Source: Eledone cirrhosa
Taxonomy: Eukaryota
Direction of reading: 5' to 3'
DNA length: 64,000 nucleotides
NCBI GenBank assembly: GCA_964016885.1
Contig: OZ024740.1
Location: 256,308,001 to 256,372,000, forward strand
Shown here: piece by piece, positions 55,780 through 64,000 of the stretch
How positions within the stretch are numbered: position 1 is the first letter of the stretch
Layout of the letters: each line of letters begins with the position of its first letter
Translations under genes and position numbers: made by a program
Notes under the pieces: generated by a model
What the model saw: the letters and a program-made list of their open reading frames with translations, nothing else
Told to the model about the DNA's origin: nothing
Databases searched by the model: none

Positions 55780-56095
55780 GAGTTGAGTCCAAGAGGGGAA
55801 TAGGACCCAAGGCGGTAAATCTTGGTGTTCAATCCTGGTGCGCGAGGCCTGTGATCCATGATGTAAAAGGACACCCAGGACTGAAACATGTAGGGAAGAA
55901 TGACCAGGAGAACAGAAATGACGGGCGACAGGAGTATCCAAACCGAGTCGTCTGTCCCTCAAATGTTCGGCAAAATGGTCCGCCATACGGCGTCCCATTT
56001 GTCCGTATATAAAGACCCGCAAAGGGAACACCGGAAGGCATAGATAACGCGGGTGGATGTGCAGGTGAAGGAATGTCGGATACGGAAAGACCCGT
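55780..56095 (-). mobile_element. Penelope-like GIY-YIG endonuclease remnant; 3' UTR extends to the HHR at ~55250
   Basis: GSFRIRHSFTCTSTRVIYAFRCSLCG.LY / GQMGRRMADHFAEHLRD...PVARHF...GHS (frameshifted). Confidence 0.8.
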
Positions 56096-56181
<86 letters not shown>

Positions 56182-56601
56182 CACGTACACAAACATACAA
56201 CATATATACACATACACACAGACATATATATACACACATAGAGGCACAATTCAAGTACGTTACACATGTGGAAAAAGCATATAGGCAAGAAGTACTTACA
56301 TAACCATAGTACCGTGAGGCGGGTCGAGATGTGGGTAGAGGTAGGGTAGGATTGAAGTGGAGGGGATATTTTATCGAGTGGGATTTTTAAAAAAATATTT
56401 ATCCATCTGGCTTCAACACTGGCTTCAGATATTTGAAAGTTGCAAAGCTTTTGTTCATGCAATTAGGACAGTGTTCAGAGAATCTGTTCAGGGTCGGTTC
56501 TTTGGCAAATAGTATTTCGTAGCTCTCTGAAATGACCTCCATCCATCCCAATCACATCCCTCTCCTACCACAAGAAAAGATATAAATTACTTGGAAAGCC
56601 G

Positions 56602-56645
56602 GCTTCCTGATGATTTTTCCTGAATGAAACAGTTCTAGTCTTGTA
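56602..56645 (+). ncRNA. Family-D hammerhead truncated at its cleavage site
   Basis: CTGATGA-TTTTTCCTGAAT-GAAA-CAG-ttctagtc-TTG-TA then (TA)n. Matches 50314-50357. Confidence 0.65.
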
Positions 56646-56717
56646 TATATATATTTCAATGGCGGTGCCCCAGTATGGCCTCAGCCGGATGGCTGGAACA
56701 GGTAAAAGAGTGAAAGA

Positions 56718-56771
<54 letters not shown>

Positions 56772-57393
56772 GGGGAGAGAGAGAGAAAGAGAGAAAGAGA
56801 GAAAGAGAGAGAGAGAGAAAGTAGGATGGGAAACAGCGCGGAAAATATATTTAAAGAATCTTTTTTTTTTTTTTTTATTCATCTAAGTGACATTATTTAA
56901 AGAATGAGAAGAATTATTATTTATTTTTTAAAATGAGTTTTAAAAGAAATGTTCTCATTTTTTCAATAATGTCACCTAAATCTAAAACTACTGCTAGGGA
57001 TGGAATTCATATTTCAATAACTCAAAATCTTCTTTGTGGCAAAAAAACAAGGTCAATGTTGATGATTTCTTCTAAGAAAAAATACCAAGATAGACATTTT
57101 TAGAAGCAGCCCCCCCCCCCCCCCCCCCCCCGGTCAACTCTAAGGTCACCTAGCCTTTCAAACCAATCCCAGCCAACCTTGTATCCACTATTCAAAGGGT
57201 CCCACATAACAGTCTGCAACCACCACAACAACCTTCCCCTACCTCCTTCCCCTCCTTCTTCTTCTCCCCCCCCCCTGCTTCTACCCTCTCCAGTCACAAC
57301 AAAGCCATTAGCAGAGAAGGATGGACTGACAAAATGACATTCTTCTCTGAAGGACTACGTATGTGGAAATTAACTTTTCTTCCCTTCTTTATA

Positions 57394-57424
<31 letters not shown>

Positions 57425-57473
57425 ATTTTCACTATTTGTACAAATATGTAACTTAATAATATTCTGCATATCC

Positions 57474-57511
57474 GCAATTGACAATGCATTTAATGCTGAA
57501 ACCGGTATTGT
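57474..57511 (+). ncRNA. Minimal hammerhead, U3-A8 core
   Basis: GCAA-TTGACAA-T-GCAT-tta-ATGC-T-GAAA-CCGG-TA-TTGT. Confidence 0.65.
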
Positions 57512-57692
57512 AAATATATTAATGCTTTCAAATTTCACTAAAAATATCTCTTCAACATTTTCTACAGAAAGAAACCCTTTTTCCTTTCTACTATTTGTTG
57601 ATATATATATATAATGGCTGTGCGATGAGTCATGTTACTCCGCAGTTTGACCTTTGTACTCACATGGCCATCAGATATGTTTGTATATATAT

Positions 57693-57763
<71 letters not shown>

Positions 57764-57789
57764 AAGAAAAATCTTTGTCCAATTGAGTT

Positions 57790-57874
57790 TGTTTCCTGAT
57801 GATTTCGAAACTCGTGAATTTATCCATGATCGGATATTTCCAAAAAGCGAATGAAATCTCATGGGGTAGAAACA
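57790..57874 (+). ncRNA. Type I hammerhead with long stem II
   Basis: TGTTTC-CTGATGA-T-TTCG...CGAA-T-GAAA-TCT-catg-GGG-TA-GAAACA. Confidence 0.7.
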
Positions 57875-58165
57875 TAATTTTGGTATGTTTGTGTACATTT
57901 TTTCTTCTAACTTTGATTTTGTACCTAATTGTGTATGGTTGGCTATATGTCTAATCAATTTCTACGTGCTATTAGAAATACTAGGTAAATCTTCTGTGGC
58001 TGTGGATCGCGGATAAAATAGGTATCATTTATTTATCTATTGTTTCTTCATAGGTACATTTTAAACTTATAGTATCGTTTAATTGATTTTTTGTGTGGTT
58101 AATTATGCTGATTGGGAGAAGAAATACTGTATATATTTTATCAAATGATTCTATTGACTTACTTT

Positions 58166-58224
<59 letters not shown>

Positions 58225-59233
58225 TTAAAAGGCTTATAGAATTATAGGAAACAGAAAACGCGGAAGAGACAAGACGGGGACAATTCCCGCTTATCGGCTG
58301 TCTTTCTGGGGATTATTAAAGTTTCAGGTGCTTTATAGATTATGTTGCTATTTCGACGATCAGTGTTCTAATCTAATCAGTGTTTATTAAAGCCTTTTAT
58401 ATACTGCTTTATAGTGTTTAGTACACTTTACAAACAGAAGCTATACAATGTTGGAAATGTTAAAAAAAGATAAAATCAAAATTAAGTAATGAAAAAACAG
58501 GGTGGATAGGTTAAACAAGGGCGGATTTGGCTGCAGAGGAAAGGAATATAAATGCTATAAATTTGAAGAAAGGGAGGGAAAGGACAAGGGATATTAGGTA
58601 ACTGATTGATAATATTGATAATATTACTCTTGGTCAGATTCAACGCGACACACTTAATTTGCACACGTATTGTTGGCTTAAATCTATATTATTTTTCTTG
58701 GGTACATTACATCAATCCACTTTTCCCTTATCTCTTTAGAGTGTGAGTGCTGCATAGTGGAGAACTCTACCACAGTACTCCATCTAACTTGCGCATAGTA
58801 CTTTATTCTATGTTGCTTTAGTAAAAAAAAAAAAAGAGAGTAAAAAATAAAAAAAAAATAAATATGTGTGCCAGTAGGATCTGAGGGTTAACACGACAAA
58901 CTGTCGTCCTATCCAGGATGGAGGATTGTAAATTTAGTCACATAAAACTAATGAATCTGATATAAAATGGATCTGCTGAGCCTCATAGGTAAAACCGTTG
59001 GTCTTCTCGTGATCAGTCAATTAGCTGTGAAATAGTCTTAGAACGTTTATCTGTATACGAAGAGAATAGAATGTTTTTCATATCCGTTTACATTTCCAGT
59101 CCAATATTCATAAGCATTAGTTATACCCACATAAAATACGTCTTGCATTTTCTCATTTACACCGTGCCGTGCATATATATATGTGTGTCTGTGTGTGTGT
59201 AAGGATGCATACGTACACATACACAAACGCGCG

Positions 59234-59344
<111 letters not shown>

Positions 59345-59620
59345 GTATGGGTTATATCGAATATTGATAATGATATTCGATTCGTTTGCAAGCAAACGGC
59401 CCGATAAAGCTGTGCTGTGCCGATGACCAATCACCATCCGTTTATTCGACACTGGCTTTGGGGAACAATCAACATGTTTCTGGGTCCTTACCTTTTATCA
59501 GGACTGTATATCTCTCTGCCAATATGTTGAACAGTTCAAAATGTATAGTATTTTCTGAAGTATACATCAGCTGATTAGCCTCATTTGCATACCGAGCGTG
59601 TTACGGATGGCCTTGCCGAA
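59345..59620 (-). mobile_element. HHR-bearing element related to family B; HHR at 59465-59507
   Basis: ACAGTC-CTGATAA-aaGGT-aagg-ACCca-GAAA-CATG-TT-GATTGT. Shares gtatgcaaatgaggctaatcagc with the copy at ~60445. Confidence 0.65.
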
Positions 59621-60217
59621 AATAAAAAATAAGATTAGAATTTTATTTCTCGCTCTAGTACAGATGATACATAAATGTAAGTATGTGTGTGTGTTTACGT
59701 ATGCATACTTACATTTATGTATCAGCTGTGTTAGATCGAGAAATACAATTCTAATTTTATTTATTTATTTATATATATAAACAAAGTTTGTTTCCGCTCT
59801 TAACGTGATGGATGCCTAAGTGTTTTAGTGAGTGAATAACAATAATATTATAATAATCTATTTATAAATTTCTTCGATTCTATCACAACATTTAAAGAGA
59901 GGGGAGTTGTTTGTCTTCCTCATACTACTCCTTACTCTTTACGTCTGTTGCCTACATGACTCTTTGTGTTTATAAAAGGAAGGAAGGTTTTGTAAGTGCG
60001 TCTGTGTTTGTGCATTTATATTTATATAGTCATACATATAAATGTATGCATACGTACATACACACAGGGACACACATATACACATTCGCGTCAGCTTATG
60101 GAAAAAATTCTAATATCATATCGGTTTGTTTACAAGTAAACAGCTTCATAAAACACCACCTGGTAGAGGAACAACTTCATCCTAATGTTCCAGCGGTATC
60201 ATATTATTGTAAAATTA

Positions 60218-60387
60218 ATTGTTTCTACTATAGGCACAAGGCCAGCAATTGCCCAGTGCATTACAGGTACTTTATTTTATCGACCCCGTAAGGATGAAAG
60301 GCAAAGTCAACCTCGGCGGGATTTGAACTCAGATCGTAAAGGGACGTAACTATACTGGAAAGCATGGCGACCGACCCTCTACCGTAC
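60218..60387 (-). mobile_element. tRNA-derived SINE
   Basis: Reverse complement of the SINE family. Confidence 0.85.
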
Positions 60388-60444
60388 TCACGAATACACT
60401 TAGGTATCCACGTTAAGAGCGAAACCAAATTTTGTTTCTAGTTT

Positions 60445-60720
60445 TCGGCAAAGCCGGCCGTAATATCGCTCGGTATGCAAATGAGGCTAATCAGCCGATG
60501 TATACATTTGAGAATACTGTGTATTTTTATCAGTCCCAGGGGATGGCAGACGAGAATACACATCTTGATAAGGAGCAAAACACTCCGAAACAATTGTCGA
60601 TTGTTTTCTCTCGGCTACCGCTGGAACAAAAAGGATGAAGTTGTTCATCTACCACGTGGTGTCTTATGCGGCTGTTTACAGGTAAACAAACCGAATATTA
60701 AAAACATTATGATATTATAA
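60445..60720 (+). mobile_element. HHR-bearing element related to family B; HHR at 60562-60601 with U3-A8 core
   Basis: ATC-TTGATAA-GGAG-caaaaca-CTCC-GAAA-CAATTG-TC-GAT. Stem I extended by ACA/TGT and GAGAA/TTCTC. Confidence 0.7.
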
Positions 60721-60735
60721 TAATATTGTTGTTAT

Positions 60736-60807
<72 letters not shown>

Positions 60808-61691
60808 GTAGACGATCTCAGAACTTGTCATCACTGGAGCGTTCAAGGAGGCATAGAAGTTGTAATGGCTGGAACTATGTTCAAACAATGGCTAGGTGTC
60901 GTTTTCGAGTGTCGGCTCAAAAATTCATTGGCTGACCAAGATACTCTCATGAAATGACCAAATGAAGTCCCTGTAAAAACGATGCAGTTATTAATAAGAA
61001 TTGAAATTAATGCATGCATGATTTCTCAGCTTTAGCATCACCCTTTCATAGCCAGCCCGTGAACTGTTTAGCCCACCTTCGTATGTGTTGGATTTCCGTT
61101 GGTTTCGAAAAATAGTGTTCTATTTGTTTGACCAAGTGAACAATCTGCGGGTGAAATGAAAATAAAAGTGCCTCAGTGTTCCACAGACACGTGCACCCAT
61201 GGCGTAATATTCTATTAGATACAGCATCACACAATGTGTGACGAGGCTGGCCCTTTGAATTACAGGTACAACTCATTTTTGCTGCTTCTTCCTGAGTGGA
61301 CTAGAGAGACCGGATTATAAATTGTCTTGCTCAATGATATATACCGTCGTCAGGAATCGAACTGAGGACATTACAATGACGGGTATTCTAAACTTTAAAC
61401 CATGCATCTTCAGATAGGTGAGTGTTTGCTATGTCTATTAACATGCATGTTACTGCACATGTCCGGAGGAGCTTGTCATGTAAATCTCGGCGTTAAGAGA
61501 TTCGTAGCTGCACATATGTATGCCATTATCTGATGGTGCACAAGATAATAATAGGTTACCACAGTTGTTACAGCAGTCAAACACTACATCACACTGCCTT
61601 CCAACTCCACCACCACTACAACCTCTTCTTTATCTATAGATATTACATTTTAGTAATGTCTTCATTAATATATATATATATATATACGCGC

Positions 61692-61771
<80 letters not shown>

Positions 61772-61839
61772 ACTATATATACTTACGAACGTATATATAT
61801 ATGTATGTATGTGTTTGTGCACTATATATACTTACGAAC

Positions 61840-61889
<50 letters not shown>

Positions 61890-62014
61890 TGTATAAACTG
61901 GCAACTGCCTCTCTTCTCCCTGTCTCCTCCCATCCATACATTAAGTTAGACATGGCTTGGCCTGGGCTAATACTGGCTGAAACCTATTAAAGTTATATAT
62001 ATATATATATATAA

Positions 62015-62193
62015 ATCAGGACGGGTTCAGTTTGAAACTAGTTAGAACATTACTCACCAGAGTACTTGATACTTGGGGTAGTAGAGTATGGTTAAGTTAT
62101 AAAGAATCGGGACCCCGACGGCTGAACTCTTGCCGTTTCAACAGCTTTTTGAAACGGCAAGAGCTTAGCCGTCTGGGTCGCGACTCTTTATAA
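62015..62193 (-). mobile_element. Diverged relative of the 3971 element, with fold-back at 62097-62193
   Basis: actctactaccccaagtatcaagtact on the minus strand. Palindrome of GAAACGGC...GCCGTC.GGGTC. Confidence 0.7.
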
Positions 62194-62269
62194 TATATAT
62201 ATATATATATATAAACATATACACACACACACTCACATATATATATACATACACACACACACACACACA

Positions 62270-62345
<76 letters not shown>

Positions 62346-62707
62346 CATATATATATATATATATAGGTGTGTATGTGTGTGTGTGTTGCAATGATATATA
62401 CGCTTTCCAGCTGTGACGACTAACACCAGCATACCGCGTCTCTGTGAATAGACACATAGATGCAGAGATACGCACACACAAATATATATCATATTAATAA
62501 AACAAATGAGTCACGTGTAATCGACTTTCTGCAGGACTTGTTTGTTAATTTGAGCTTGTATATGCTTTGATGTCATTCTACTTACCAGGCTCACAGTGTT
62601 GGCAAAATGAAGAGCAACAGCAAAGCAGCTATCTAGAGATACCTATGTATTTTCCTGCAAGAGAATTAGTATCTATATATCTATCTATCTATTTTAGTGT
62701 TATATAT

Positions 62708-62782
<75 letters not shown>

Positions 62783-62785
<3 letters not shown>

Positions 62786-62972
62786 CGAGTAGGACCCCGA
62801 CGGCTGAGCTCAAGCAGTTTCGACGGCTAATTCTGGACATAAAATTAGCCGTCGAAACGGCTTGAGCTCAGCCGTCGGGGTCCTACTCGTTCCTATTACC
62901 CACTCTACTACCCTAAGTATTGAGTACTTTGGTGCGTTATGGTCCATCTGGTTCTTTACCACATTTCCATCG

Positions 62973-62975
<3 letters not shown>
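62783..62975 (+). mobile_element. Copy of the 3971 element with a shorter fold-back (62783-62892), lacking the UUGAGAA box
   Basis: Near-identical to 4136-4268. Confidence 0.85.
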
Positions 62976-63065
<90 letters not shown>

Positions 63066-63101
63066 TGGTTACACAACAGTTAGTTCACCATACCGTGATA
63101 T

Positions 63102-63430
63102 TATATTTGATAATATACTGTATATTTATTTTAAAACACTTTGAAGACCATTCGCTATGAGTTTTAAAGTAGTGAATATGTCACTTACTTAGTTTAGGCA
63201 AAAACAACGGGAACCGACAGCTGTTTCTCGCTCGTTAACGGTTATCAAGATTGCATATCCCTTCGCTTCTGTCGAGACTTACAGAAGCTGGATTCTTATA
63301 GAATTCCAGTAATGTTTAAGAGCTGATTAAGCAGAGCAGTTGCCGGTCCAGCAAAATTATGAATTAGTATCAGTACTATGAAATAACGATGTATGAATGA
63401 AATGTATGTATAGTATATTTGATAATATAC
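63102..63430 (-). mobile_element. Diverged 312-bp monomer of the 310-bp array family; HHR at 63212-63252
   Basis: Shared blocks aaaca.tttgaagacc..tcgctat, catatcc, cttatagaat, gagc.gttgccggtcc.gca and tgaaata.cgat. Terminal redundancy atatttgataatatac at 63103 and 63415. Confidence 0.8.
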
Positions 63431-63432
63431 GT

Positions 63433-64000
63433 TGTGATCGGTGGAAACTCCAGCTTCCAGCTTGGGTTTGTGCAGGGGAAGAGCGACGACGTCCTTGGGG
63501 AGACTCTGGGTGTCGAGGAAGATCAACTAGCCATTCTTTTCGGGAGAACTTTCGGACCAGGGCCCATGGACAACTTTCAGAAATCCCTGGCCTGGCAGTG
63601 CTACCGGTGAGCGTTGTCAGTTCGGGATGAACTCTACAGGCATGGAAGTCCCACCCGCCTAGGCTGTCCGAGATGCGCGCAGGGCAACGAAACCGCCCTG
63701 CACGCATTCGTCCAGTGTCCGAGCATTGCTGACTTGTGCTTTATGTCGAACATCTGCTGTCACGTGTAGGACGGATCCGGCTATCAGCTGAGTCCATCAT
63801 GAGGATTGCCCCGCTGTCTTCCTTTAGCCAGGAAGGTCAGGCAGTTTTTATCTGTCTGGTGGCCATGGCGAAAGAGATAGTATGGTGGACACGTTTGAAA
63901 GGGCTGAAGACGAGCACTTACCTCTTCGGTGATGCCCTGATTAACTTTTCAAATTTCATTTGAAAAGGAAAATAAGGGTGGAGAGGGAAGTGCTCTTTTC
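63433..64000 (+). mobile_element. 5'-truncated Tx1/L1 ORF2 C-terminal fragment, runs off the window
   Basis: GKSDDVLGETLGV...FGPGPMDNFQKSLAWQCYR matches 24873-25446. Confidence 0.9.

Overview
Eukaryotic, gene-free, repeat-saturated animal DNA, probably cephalopod (the tRNA-derived SINE resembles octopus SINEs; this is inference). No host gene is supported, and the many [12 protein letters not shown] ORFs are translations of microsatellites. Main content: (1) three decayed Penelope-like (RT + GIY-YIG) retroelements, each with a hammerhead ribozyme (HHR) motif downstream. (2) A ~22 kb head-to-tail train of five Tx1/L1-clade LINEs joined by (ATT)n and bracketed by Dong/R4-type LINE remnants. (3) Non-autonomous Helitrons and SINEs. 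(4) The highlight: a 5.6 kb array of nearly identical 310-bp units (34471-40033). Each unit carries a complete type I hammerhead (CUGAUGA...GAAACGCGUA), so this is a tandem retrozyme-like array predicted to yield 310-nt self-cleaved or circular RNAs. It has an internal head-to-head inversion next to the cleavage site. About 19 more HHR motifs from several small (TA)n-embedded families are scattered through the window. Several have a U3-A8 core or a U.U pair at the base of stem II, and one sits in a diverged monomer of the array family with compensatory changes. All folds were paired by eye; none was computed or tested.
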